Source of the DNA: Alphaproteobacteria bacterium
GTDB lineage: Bacteria > Pseudomonadota > Alphaproteobacteria > UBA828
NCBI GenBank assembly: GCA_965237415.1
Contig: CBDEFM010000002.1
Location: forward strand, 640,001 to 704,000
Reading direction: 5' to 3'
Length of the DNA: 64,000 nt
In this document: positions 53,985-62,963 of the stretch, piece after piece
Layout of the letters: each line of letters opens with the position of its first letter
Position numbering within the stretch: position 1 is the stretch's first letter
Made by a program: the position numbers and the translations under genes
The notes under the pieces: generated by a model
What the model was told of the DNA's origin: nothing
Database searches by the model: none
What the model saw: the letters and a program-made list of their open reading frames with translations, nothing else

Positions 53985-56504
53985 TCACCGCGTCCCGGCG
54001 AGGGGAATTCCGGTTGCGTGCGCAGTTGCAATAGTCAGCGCGCGGAGGTCTTCGGGCTCGACGTTCTGAAGGTTTGTCTTGCCGGTGCAGCGCGCCATCA
54101 TCGACGCCTCGGACGCGGTCGCCTTGATGATGTTGACGGTGCCTGTCGTGCGGTCCTCGTCGCTGCGGTCTGCCGAGAACGCGAGCTCGTGGGCGCCGGT
54201 GATGGCACCGCCTGCAGCAAGCCCCACGGCGACACCCAGCACCACCGCGACCGTGCCGAGCGCGATCACCTTGGCCGCATCGGTGCCCGAGCGTACGCCG
54301 CCGAAGTAGACGAGGTCGATCTCCTCCTCGCGGTTGAGACGGCGCAGGATCGCCACCGCATCCCGCAGGATCGTGAGATCGGGCGCACCCCTGAGCTCCG
54401 CCCAGGGTGCGCCGAGCCCGGCGCTGCCGTCCAGCAGCAGCATGCCGAAGCCCGCATCGAGCGTATGGGGGATCGCCTCTTCCAGAACCTCTGGCGAGGA
54501 GACCGAAAGCCCCAGCACCTGGCCTTCGGCCGCGGCGGTCGCGTCGACGGGCGTGAAGCGGTGGCCGAGAGCGTAGATCAGCCCCGCCGCGTCCGCGCTC
54601 GGCGCGATCTGCCCCGGCAGCACGAGCTGGAACCAGCGCGCGCCTTCACCCACGGGCTGCACCCCGAGATAGCTCGCATCCGCCTCCGCGATGCCGCGCC
54701 CGACCGCAGCCCGCACCTCCGCCGGCGCGTCGTCGAAGCCCGTCACCATGAAGGGCAGCGCGAGATCGGTGCCGCCCACCGTGGTGCCGATCCGGCAGGC
54801 CTCGCGGTAGGGATCGATCACAAGGCGCGAGAGGTTCGCGGGCAGGAAGGCGAGATCGTCCAGAACGCCGGGGAGCTCTTCCGGGAAGGGGTCGTCCCGC
54901 TCGCCCATGCGCTTCTCCAGCATCGCCTTCTGACCCGCCGTATCGCCCGGCGTGGTGCGGGCCATCACGAAGATGTCCTCACGGTGCCCCACTGCATAGT
55001 CGGCGGAGCCGGTCTCGGCATCGCAGCGGTAGCACCGTGCCGCCTCCTTGCGCGCGGACTCCCAGCCGTAGGTGGTCTCGATCTCGGGGAACGTCACAGG
55101 GTCCTTGCCGAGGCCGAGGAAATCGGGGTGCTGAACCGGCAGAAGCTCCCACTCCAGGTCCTGCGCCACCGGCACCCGCTGCGTGCGGTAAGGTGTCTTG
55201 TAAGGCAGCGGGTCGGCGCGGCCCTCCAGATACGCCTTCACGTAGTAGGCAACCCGCTGGCCGTGGTTCATCGCCATCACGATGGTCGACCCGCCGAAGG
55301 CCCCGTCGCCCGCCGCGAACACCATGGGATCGTTCGTGCGCATGCCTTCCCACGCGGTCCGCACTCGGTCCGTCTGCATCAATCCCCGCCGGTGGAGGTC
55401 GTCGCAGAGACCCTCCTGCCCCACCGAGGCGATCACCATGCCGCACGCGATGTCGTGCTCCGTGCCCGGCACGTTCACCGGCGCGCGCCGGCCGGACTCG
55501 TCCGGGTCTCCCAGCGTGGTCTCAACGCAGCGCACGGCGAGCCCGTTGCCCTGCGGCACGATGGCGGTCTGCTGGGTGTGATAGATGAACTCGATCCCCT
55601 CCTCGATCGCGCCCTCGAGCTCGATCTTGCGCGCCGGGATCTCCGCCGGGCCCCGCCGGTAGATCACCTTGACGTGCTTGCAGCCCGGCAGGCGCCTCGC
55701 GACCCGGCAGGCGTCCATCGCCACGTCGCCGCCGCCGATCACCACAACCGTCTCCGGCATCTCGGGCCGGGCGCCCTCGTTCACGTCGCGCAGGAACTGC
55801 ACGCCGTCGATCACACTGGTGCGGTCCTCGCCCGGAATGCCCATCTTCTTGCCCCACCACGCACCGATGGCGAGGACTACCGCGTCGTGCCGCTCCTTGA
55901 GATCGTCCAGCGTCACGTCCCGCCCGAGCGCGGTGTCGAGGTGAACCTCCATCCCGGGGCAGCGGCGAGCCATGCGGTCGATATCCTCCTGGATGATCCC
56001 GGGCGGCAGCCGAAACGCAGGAATGCCCCAGATCATCATGCCGCCCAAGCGGTCGGTCATCTCGTAGACGTGCACCTTGTAGCCCGCGACCGAGAGGTCT
56101 TGCGCCGCCGTCAGGCCCGCAGGGCCCGAGCCCACCACCGCAACGCTCTGCTCATGGCGCACCGGCACCGGCGGCGGGTCGTAGTCGTGACCCACCTCGT
56201 CCATGACGAAGCGCTTCAGGTTGCGGATCTGCACAGGGCCGTCGGAATCCGTCCGCCGGCACGCCGGCTCGCACGGCGCATCGCACACCCGCCCGCAGAT
56301 CGAACTGAATGGATTGGTCGCCGTGATCGCCTCGAACGCCTCCTCGAAGCGCCGCTCCCAGATATAGGCGATATAGGACGGCGCATCCGTCCCCACCGGG
56401 CAGGCGATCTGGCAGGGCGCCGGCACGAAGTGCGCGTCGTCCGTGTCGTCCGGCAGCTCCGCGAGCAGCTGACCGCCCGCCTCCATCTCCTCCAATATCG
56501 CCAT
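53985..56504 (-). CDS. GltD-like FAD/FeS NAD(P)H oxidoreductase fused to a degenerate glutamate-synthase FMN barrel
   Basis: PCQIACP, CGRVCDAPCE..C, GSGPAG, GIPAFRL, IGGGDVAMD, YRRG, RCYRC; then LDDLAFLPANL...GGVRSGTDAAK.IALG. Confidence 0.85.
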   Translation of the reverse strand: MAILEEMEAGGQLLAELPDDTDDAHFVPAPCQIACPVGTDAPSYIAYIWERRFEEAFEAITATNPFSSICGRVCDAPCEPACRRTDSDGPVQIRNLKRFVMDEVGHDYDPPPVPVRHEQSVAVVGSGPAGLTAAQDLSVAGYKVHVYEMTDRLGGMMIWGIPAFRLPPGIIQEDIDRMARRCPGMEVHLDTALGRDVTLDDLKERHDAVVLAIGAWWGKKMGIPGEDRTSVIDGVQFLRDVNEGARPEMPETVVVIGGGDVAMDACRVARRLPGCKHVKVIYRRGPAEIPARKIELEGAIEEGIEFIYHTQQTAIVPQGNGLAVRCVETTLGDPDESGRRAPVNVPGTEHDIACGMVIASVGQEGLCDDLHRRGLMQTDRVRTAWEGMRTNDPMVFAAGDGAFGGSTIVMAMNHGQRVAYYVKAYLEGRADPLPYKTPYRTQRVPVAQDLEWELLPVQHPDFLGLGKDPVTFPEIETTYGWESARKEAARCYRCDAETGSADYAVGHREDIFVMARTTPGDTAGQKAMLEKRMGERDDPFPEELPGVLDDLAFLPANLSRLVIDPYREACRIGTTVGGTDLALPFMVTGFDDAPAEVRAAVGRGIAEADASYLGVQPVGEGARWFQLVLPGQIAPSADAAGLIYALGHRFTPVDATAAAEGQVLGLSVSSPEVLEEAIPHTLDAGFGMLLLDGSAGLGAPWAELRGAPDLTILRDAVAILRRLNREEEIDLVYFGGVRSGTDAAKVIALGTVAVVLGVAVGLAAGGAITGAHELAFSADRSDEDRTTGTVNIIKATASEASMMARCTGKTNLQNVEPEDLRALTIATAHATGIPLAGTR

Positions 56505-56507
56505 CGC

Positions 56508-58466
56508 TCAGCCCATCCTGCTGAGGAGCGCCTGCTCGCGCTCGCGGTATTCCGGCGCATAGGGCAGGCCCGTCATCTCCGCCGCGTCCCGGGTCACCGC
56601 AACCAGGTCGTTCCGGTTCAGCCCGGTCGTGCTCCCATAACCCAGCGCCTGGGTCAGTGCCGCGATCTGCCAGCGCACGCCTTCCAGGTAGCGGTGGATG
56701 TTGCGGGCCTCCGCCACCGGGTTGTAGCGGCGCTCGTGCTCGGGGTCCTGGGTCGCGATCCCCGTCACGCACTGCCCCACGTGGCATTGCATGCAGGCGA
56801 TGCAGCCGCCGGCGATGATCACCGCCGTTCCCATCGCCACCGCATCGGCGCCGAGGCAGAGCCCCTTCACCGCGTCGATCCCGTCCCGGATGCCGCCCAT
56901 GAGCACGAGCTGCATCTTGCCGAGGCCGTCGACCTCCCCCAGCGCCTCGATCGCCTGGGTGATGGCGGCAAGCGTGGGCACCCCCACGTGCTCCATCACC
57001 TCCGCACCGCCCGCACCCGTCGAGCCCTGCATCCCGTCGAGCTCAACGAAGTCGAAGCCGTCCTTGTAGGCGATCTTGATATCGTCGCGCACCCGGCCCG
57101 CGCCGAGCTTCACGCTCACCGGGATGCGGTAGCCTGTCGCCTCCCGGAACTCCTCCACCTTGATGACCAGATCGTCGGCGCCGAGGATGTCCGGGTGGCG
57201 GGAGGGCGAGCGCAGGTCGATGCCCTCCGGGATCCCCCGGATGGTGGCAAGCTCCTTAGTCACCTTCTTCGCCATGAGCTGGCCGCCGAAGCCCGGCTTC
57301 GCCCCCTGGCTGATATAGATTTCGAGCCCGTCCGCCCGGTTCATGTCGTGGATGTTCCAGCCGAGCCGGCCGCCCAGACACTGGAAGACAAGCTGCTCCG
57401 CCGCACCCCGCTGGGCGTCGCTCATGCCGCCTTCGCCGGTATTCTCGGCGATCCCCGCCATGCTCGACGCCATGCCCACCGCCTGCTTGGTCGAGCGCGA
57501 GAGCGCGCCGTAGCTCATCGGCGCGACCATCACCGGCATGGAGAGCTTGAGCGCCTTCGCTCCGTTCAGACCCCCGATCTCGGTCCGCATTTCCACCGCC
57601 GTCACCGGGTCGCCTGCCGTGCCCGCGCCCGAGAGGTCGCGCTTGAAGGCGAGGTCCGAGAGGTGCGGCAACGTGCGCGCGCCGCCATAGCCCCGCACCC
57701 GGTAGCGGCCGATCTGGGCCTTGACGTAGACGTCCTCCTGCACTTTCGGGTTCCAGTAATCCGACGCGCCCGAGAAGGTGAAGAAGGGAATGCTGCGCAC
57801 CTGCTGCTCGCTGGTCGCGTAGCGCAGACGCTTTCCGGCGTTCACGATCTTCTGGAAGCCGCCCTTGTAGGCGATCTCGTGACGGTCCAGGAACGCGCGG
57901 ATGTCGTCGACCTCGGCCTCCTCGATATCGGTCAGCTGCGCGTCGGAGCCGAGAGAGCGCACCGCGCCGCCGACATAAATGTCACCGGCCGCCATATCCT
58001 CGCCCACACGCTCGCCGGATTCGCCCAGGATGATGATGCGCCCGCCGTACATCATGTAACCGGCCATGAAGTTGGCGTTGCCGACGCAGCAGAGCGTCCC
58101 CGCCTTCATCACCTGGCCCGCACGCGAGCCCACGTTGCCGTGCACCACGATCTCCACGCCACGGATCGCAACGCCCGCGATCGCGCCCGCGTTGCCGCGC
58201 ACCGTCACCGTTCCGGCGTACATGTTGTCGCCGAGACCCCAGCCGGCATTGTTGTCGATCTCGAAGCGTGCCTTGTCCGCAAGTCCTGCGCAGAAGTAGC
58301 CCGCAGAGCCCCGGACATGCACCCGCACCGGGTGGATCAGTCCGACGCCGATATGATGGCGCGCGTCGGGGTTGAGGACCTCGATGTCCTCTCCCTTCGC
58401 TCCCCAGTCGCGGATTTGCTCGTTGGCGTGGCGGACGGAAACCTGTCCTAGGTCAATCTGGACCAT
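56508..58466 (-). CDS. Glutamate synthase-related protein: GXGXG domain fused to FMN/[3Fe-4S] domain (MgsB+MgsC-like)
   Basis: N-terminal NPDARH.IGVG plus GXGXG repeats; C-terminal MSYGALS, NTGEGG, SQGAKPG.GG, RSPSRHPD, DGMQGSTG, GCIACMQCHVGQC.TGIATQDP. Confidence 0.88.
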   Translation of the reverse strand: MVQIDLGQVSVRHANEQIRDWGAKGEDIEVLNPDARHHIGVGLIHPVRVHVRGSAGYFCAGLADKARFEIDNNAGWGLGDNMYAGTVTVRGNAGAIAGVAIRGVEIVVHGNVGSRAGQVMKAGTLCCVGNANFMAGYMMYGGRIIILGESGERVGEDMAAGDIYVGGAVRSLGSDAQLTDIEEAEVDDIRAFLDRHEIAYKGGFQKIVNAGKRLRYATSEQQVRSIPFFTFSGASDYWNPKVQEDVYVKAQIGRYRVRGYGGARTLPHLSDLAFKRDLSGAGTAGDPVTAVEMRTEIGGLNGAKALKLSMPVMVAPMSYGALSRSTKQAVGMASSMAGIAENTGEGGMSDAQRGAAEQLVFQCLGGRLGWNIHDMNRADGLEIYISQGAKPGFGGQLMAKKVTKELATIRGIPEGIDLRSPSRHPDILGADDLVIKVEEFREATGYRIPVSVKLGAGRVRDDIKIAYKDGFDFVELDGMQGSTGAGGAEVMEHVGVPTLAAITQAIEALGEVDGLGKMQLVLMGGIRDGIDAVKGLCLGADAVAMGTAVIIAGGCIACMQCHVGQCVTGIATQDPEHERRYNPVAEARNIHRYLEGVRWQIAALTQALGYGSTTGLNRNDLVAVTRDAAEMTGLPYAPEYREREQALLSRMG

Positions 58467-59389
58467 GTGCCATAGCTCCCCGGCGGCGGTTCCCTCGTGT
58501 CAAGCGCGCGGCCCGGGAAGAGGCGGTTCAGCGAAACCTCCTCCGAGGCGATCGCGATCAGGTCGTCGTTCTCGTACATGATCATCGGCTTCGCCGCGAG
58601 ATTGTCCTTGGCGTAGCCGATCTCATCCTTGGTCGAGACCAGGAACGAGAACGTGCCGTCGAGATCGTCGATCGAGGTCTTCAGCGCATCCTCGAGAAGA
58701 ATCGCGTTGGCGAGCTTGTCTGCCAGATAGACCGCGATCAGCTCGCTGTCGTTGTCTGTATGGAACCCGAACCCGCGCCGCTCCAGCCGCCGGCGCATCT
58801 TCCAGTAGTTCGTAATCTGGCCGTTGTGCACGATCGCGATGTCGGTGAACCCCGTTGCCCAGAAGGGATGCGCCGCCTCGGGCTTCACCTCGGACTCGGT
58901 CGCAAGCCGCACATGGCCGAGCCCGTGGGTGCCCTGAACCTCGCGCACGTGGAAGATCTCGTCCACATCGTGGGCGCTGCCCACGTCCTTGCGGATATCC
59001 AGGCTCTCCCCGATCGAGATCAGCGTCGCCGCGTGCTCCATGTCGTAGGTCAGCTTCTGCACGTCGCCGGCGAAGCGCACAACGACCCGGTAGCTGTTGC
59101 CCACATGTTCGCCGTCCACGATCTCCGCACCGTGCTCCTCAAGGGTGCTGCGAATATCCGCGATCGCGCCCTCGACGCCACTGTTATGGCCGACGCCATC
59201 GCCCGCGCCGTTCCCCTCCCCCACCAGGAAGCGCAGCCGGAGCTGGCCCGGCTCGGCGTCCTCATAGAGCGCGAACCCGGTCGAATCAGGGCCCCGGTGC
59301 TGGCAGCCGTCCAGCATGTCGATCAGCGCCTGACCCGCCGACAGACCCGTGTCACCGTGCTTGAACATCACGCCCGCTATCCCGCACAT
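58448..59389 (-). CDS. Class II (Ntn) glutamine amidotransferase (GlxB/MgsA-like)
   Basis: MCGIAG, HRGPDSTG, GHVRLATES, AHPF, VHNGQITNY, TDNDSE, LDG.F. Confidence 0.9.
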   Translation of the reverse strand: MCGIAGVMFKHGDTGLSAGQALIDMLDGCQHRGPDSTGFALYEDAEPGQLRLRFLVGEGNGAGDGVGHNSGVEGAIADIRSTLEEHGAEIVDGEHVGNSYRVVVRFAGDVQKLTYDMEHAATLISIGESLDIRKDVGSAHDVDEIFHVREVQGTHGLGHVRLATESEVKPEAAHPFWATGFTDIAIVHNGQITNYWKMRRRLERRGFGFHTDNDSELIAVYLADKLANAILLEDALKTSIDDLDGTFSFLVSTKDEIGYAKDNLAAKPMIMYENDDLIAIASEEVSLNRLFPGRALDTREPPPGSYGTWSRLT

Positions 59390-59496
59390 GCGCGTCGTCC
59401 CGTTCTGTCGTCCCGAAAGTGCCCGATCATACCATGAATCAAGGACTCGCAAGCCGAACCTCCGCTATCATGCCCCCAGCCTGAGGAAGATCAGCC

Positions 59497-60396
59497 ATGC
59501 CCCACGCGCAGGCGCCGGACGGGATCAAGCTCTACTACGAGGAGGCCGGGACCGGCCATCCAATGCTCTTCATCCACGAATTCGCTGGCGATCTCCTGAG
59601 TTGGGAGCCGCAGCTCTGCCACTTCGCGCGGCGCTACCGCTGCATCGCCTACAACGCCCGCGGCTATCCCCCCTCGGACGTGCCGGAGGACGCCGACGCC
59701 TACAGCCAGGCCCATGCGGTGGCGGATGCGATCGCCGTCCTCGACCACTTGGGCGTCGAGCGCGCCCATGTGGTGGGCTTGAGCATGGGCGGCTTCGCGA
59801 CCATCCATATCGGCCTGAAACACCCGGACCGCGCCTCGGCACTGGTGGTCGCCGGCTGCGGCTACGGCGCGCCGAAGGATGCCCGCACCGGGTTCCAGCG
59901 CGAGACCCATGCGGTGGCCGACCGCCTGGAGCGCGAGGGAGCAGGCCCGGTGGGTGCCGACTACGCGCTCGGGCCCACGCGGGTGCAGTTCCAGACCAAG
60001 GACCCGCGCGGCTGGGCGACCTTCCGCGACCGCGTGGCGGATCATTCGGCGAAGGGCACGGCCAACACGCTGCGCGGCGTGCAGGCCCGCCGCCCCTCGC
60101 TCTACGATCTGGAGGACGGCCTCGCCGCGCTCACCGTGCCGACGCTGCTGATCACCGGGGACGAAGACGAGCCCTGCCTCGACGCGAACCTCTACCTCAA
60201 GCGCACGATGCCCACGGCCGGCCTGTTGGTGATCCCGAAGTCGGGCCACACCATCAACTTGGAGGAGCCGGACGCCTTCAACCAGGCCTGCGCGGATTTC
60301 TTCGCCCAGGTCGAGAACGGCCGTTGGGAGGCGCGCGATCCGCGCTCGCTCAGCGCCACGTCGATCATCCGGGCCGACGCGGACGAGCGGTCATGA
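59497..60396 (+). CDS. Alpha/beta fold hydrolase
   Basis: FIHEFAGD..SWEPQ, YNARGYPPSDVP, GLSMGG nucleophile elbow, GDED, GHTINLEEP. Confidence 0.9.
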   Translation: MPHAQAPDGIKLYYEEAGTGHPMLFIHEFAGDLLSWEPQLCHFARRYRCIAYNARGYPPSDVPEDADAYSQAHAVADAIAVLDHLGVERAHVVGLSMGGFATIHIGLKHPDRASALVVAGCGYGAPKDARTGFQRETHAVADRLEREGAGPVGADYALGPTRVQFQTKDPRGWATFRDRVADHSAKGTANTLRGVQARRPSLYDLEDGLAALTVPTLLITGDEDEPCLDANLYLKRTMPTAGLLVIPKSGHTINLEEPDAFNQACADFFAQVENGRWEARDPRSLSATSIIRADADERS

Positions 60397-61559
60397 CAGG
60401 CGAGGAACGCGCACTCGCCCAGGCGCTTCACAGCCTCCTCGCCGAGCTGATCGCGATCCCCTCCGCCACTCCGCCGGGCGACACCAGAGCGATCTGCGAA
60501 GCCGCCGGCGAGCATCTCAAGGCGGCCGGCTATGAGGTCTCCATGCCGACGCGGACCCCGCCGTTCGCTAACCTGGTCGCGCGGCTCGGCGAGGGCTCGC
60601 CCTGCGTGGTGTTCAACGCCCACATCGACACGGTCGGCACCGGCGACCGTGCTGCCTGGCGCACCGACCCCTTCGCCGCAACGATGGAGAAGGGCCGCAT
60701 CTACGGCCTCGGCGCCAACAACTGCAAGGGATCGGCAGCGGTGCATCTCTGGCTCGCGGGCGAAGTCGCGCGCCTGGGCGGGCCTGCGCGGGGGAGCCTG
60801 ATCTTCGTGCTCGCCGGCGACGAGGAACGCCTCGGCCCGGAGGGAACCGCCTTCCTGCGCGAGGAAGGGATCATCGAGCCCGATGCGCTGGTGCTCGGCG
60901 CGCCCACCGAGAACCAGATCATCATCGAGGAACGCGGCGTCCTCTGGCTCGAGATCGAAACCACCGGCCGCGCCGCTCACGGCGGCGATCCACCGGCAGG
61001 CGACAATGCCATCCTCCGCATGGTGCGCCTGCTGGAGAGCCTGCGCACCGAACTGGGGCCGGCACTCGCCACGCGGCGACGGGGCGAAAAGGTCTCGACC
61101 ATGAATTTCGGCACCATCCACGGCGGCGAGAACCCCAACGTGGTCCCCGACCGCTGCACGGCCCGCATCGACCGCCGCTTGCTGCCCGACGAACCGGTCG
61201 AGGAAGCCCAGGCCGAGATGGAGGCTGTGCTGGCCGCCTCGGGCGAGCCTGCGGGGTCCTACTCCGTTCGCCGTCTTGCAGGCACCGACGGCTTCTCCGC
61301 GCCCCTCGACGGTCCCTATGTCTCGGCTCTGACGGCGGCCATCGAGGAGCGTCTGGGAAGGCCGCCAGAGGTGCTCAACGCGCTCGCCGTGAGCGACGGG
61401 CGCTTCTTCGCCCGCGACGGCATCGAGATCGTCAATTTCGGCCCCGGCGACGGCGCCGTGAGCCACGCCGCCAACGAGCACGTGCCGCTCGTCGAGATGG
61501 TGGACGCGGCACTGATCCTCCGCGCCTTCGTGGAGCGTACCCTCGGCTTCGCCGGGTGA
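60393..61559 (+). CDS. M20 (ArgE/DapE-like) metallohydrolase with atypical metal ligands
   Basis: FNAHIDTV, W..DPF, GLGANNCKG, GDEE, GRAAHG, NVVPD, SDGRF, FGPG..SH..NE; ATG overlaps the upstream stop (ATGA). Confidence 0.88.
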   Translation: MTGEERALAQALHSLLAELIAIPSATPPGDTRAICEAAGEHLKAAGYEVSMPTRTPPFANLVARLGEGSPCVVFNAHIDTVGTGDRAAWRTDPFAATMEKGRIYGLGANNCKGSAAVHLWLAGEVARLGGPARGSLIFVLAGDEERLGPEGTAFLREEGIIEPDALVLGAPTENQIIIEERGVLWLEIETTGRAAHGGDPPAGDNAILRMVRLLESLRTELGPALATRRRGEKVSTMNFGTIHGGENPNVVPDRCTARIDRRLLPDEPVEEAQAEMEAVLAASGEPAGSYSVRRLAGTDGFSAPLDGPYVSALTAAIEERLGRPPEVLNALAVSDGRFFARDGIEIVNFGPGDGAVSHAANEHVPLVEMVDAALILRAFVERTLGFAG

Positions 61560-61658
61560 GACCTCGGCGGCGCGCCGTTGCGCCGGCGGCAGCCTGCGCC
61601 TAACCTTTCGCGGCGCGCGGCGGGCGCGCTCGACGAACAGCGAGAGAGGCTTGGATCC

Positions 61659-62906
61659 ATGTTCGACAGCACTCGGAGAGGATTTCTCAAGGGCACGGCG
61701 GGCACCGCCGCAACGCTTGTGGCGGCGGGCCTCGCGGCATCGCCCAAGGCTTATGCGGACGACGACGAGATCGTCATCGCCAGCATCTTCGACCAGTCCG
61801 GCGGTCTCGACATCTACGGCACGCCGATGACCCAGACCTGCGAGCTCGCGGTCGAGGAGATCAACGCGGCCGGCGGACTGGTCGGCAAGAAGGTACGGCT
61901 GATCAAGTACGACCCGCAGTCCAACATGGAGCTCTATGCCCAGTACGCCCAGGAAGCGGCGCTCAAGGAGCGCGTCGACCTGGTGCACGGCGGCATCACC
62001 AGCGCCTCGCGCGAGGTCATCCGGCCGATCCTCCGGCGCTTCAAGACCCTCCTCTGGTACAGCGTGATCTACGAGGGCGGCGTCTGCGACATCAACAACT
62101 TCGTCAGCGGCGTGACCGCCGTGCAGTGGGTGAAGCCGATGGCCGACTACGGCTTCAGGACCCACGGCAAGCGCTGCTACTACATCGGCGCCGACTACAA
62201 TGCGCCCCAGATCATCGGCAAGTGGACCGAGTTCTTCTCGCGCGACCATGGCGCCGAGGTCCTCACCAAGGACTTCTTCCCGCTCGACGTGGCGGAGTTC
62301 GGCACGGCCATCGCCAAGATTCAGGAAGCCAAGCCGGACTGGCTCTCCACCTGCCTCGTGGGCGCGGCGCATACCGGCTTCTACCGCCAGTGGTACGCGG
62401 CGGGCATGCTGAACGAGATCCCGATCGTCTCGGTGACCTTCGGCGTCGGCAACGAGCACAAGCAGCTCAGCGCGGAGGAAGGCAACGGCATCGTCAGCGC
62501 CCAGCCCTACTTCGAGGAGCTGCAGCTCCCCGCCAACCTGGAATTCGTGAAGCGCTATCAGGCGCGCTTCGGCGACGACGCCCAGTATCTGAATTCGGTG
62601 GGCGTCGGCGGCTATCTCGGCACCATGCTCTGGTCCCTCGGCGTCAAGGCCGCCGGCAGCCACGCGCGCGAGGACGTGATGGCAGCGCTGCGCAGCGGCG
62701 ACATCGCCTGGGACGGCCCGGCCGGGCACATGGTGGTCGATCCGGTCACCAACCACGTCGTCCAGGACATGCACATGGCGGAGTGCCAGAACCAGACCTG
62801 GAACATCTTCGAGAGCTTCTCGCAGCTCTATCCGAGCGACGTGATCGACCGCTGCGATCTGACCAAGACGCCCGACATGAACGCCCATCTGGAGCCGATC
62901 CTCTAG
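61659..62906 (+). CDS. Urea/short-chain amide ABC transporter substrate-binding protein (UrtA/AmiC-like), Tat signal
   Basis: TRRGFLK twin-arginine signal; DQSGG...YG, YDPQS, HGGITSASRE.IRP, YEGGVCD, ADYN. Confidence 0.88.
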   Translation: MFDSTRRGFLKGTAGTAATLVAAGLAASPKAYADDDEIVIASIFDQSGGLDIYGTPMTQTCELAVEEINAAGGLVGKKVRLIKYDPQSNMELYAQYAQEAALKERVDLVHGGITSASREVIRPILRRFKTLLWYSVIYEGGVCDINNFVSGVTAVQWVKPMADYGFRTHGKRCYYIGADYNAPQIIGKWTEFFSRDHGAEVLTKDFFPLDVAEFGTAIAKIQEAKPDWLSTCLVGAAHTGFYRQWYAAGMLNEIPIVSVTFGVGNEHKQLSAEEGNGIVSAQPYFEELQLPANLEFVKRYQARFGDDAQYLNSVGVGGYLGTMLWSLGVKAAGSHAREDVMAALRSGDIAWDGPAGHMVVDPVTNHVVQDMHMAECQNQTWNIFESFSQLYPSDVIDRCDLTKTPDMNAHLEPIL

Positions 62907-62963
62907 GCGTTCGGCAAGCCGCAGCGAAGCGAGAGCGACAACGCGCTTCACGACGGGCGCGCC

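Noticed and set aside
54018-58451. 1477-aa plus-strand ORF
   Set aside because: Antisense shadow of two well-supported minus-strand genes; R/A/G-rich with no motifs, typical of high-GC DNA
59349-61559. 736-aa ORF suggesting a long N-terminal extension on the M20 enzyme
   Set aside because: The first ~348 aa are an alternate frame over the alpha/beta hydrolase; the real start is the ATGA overlap at 60393
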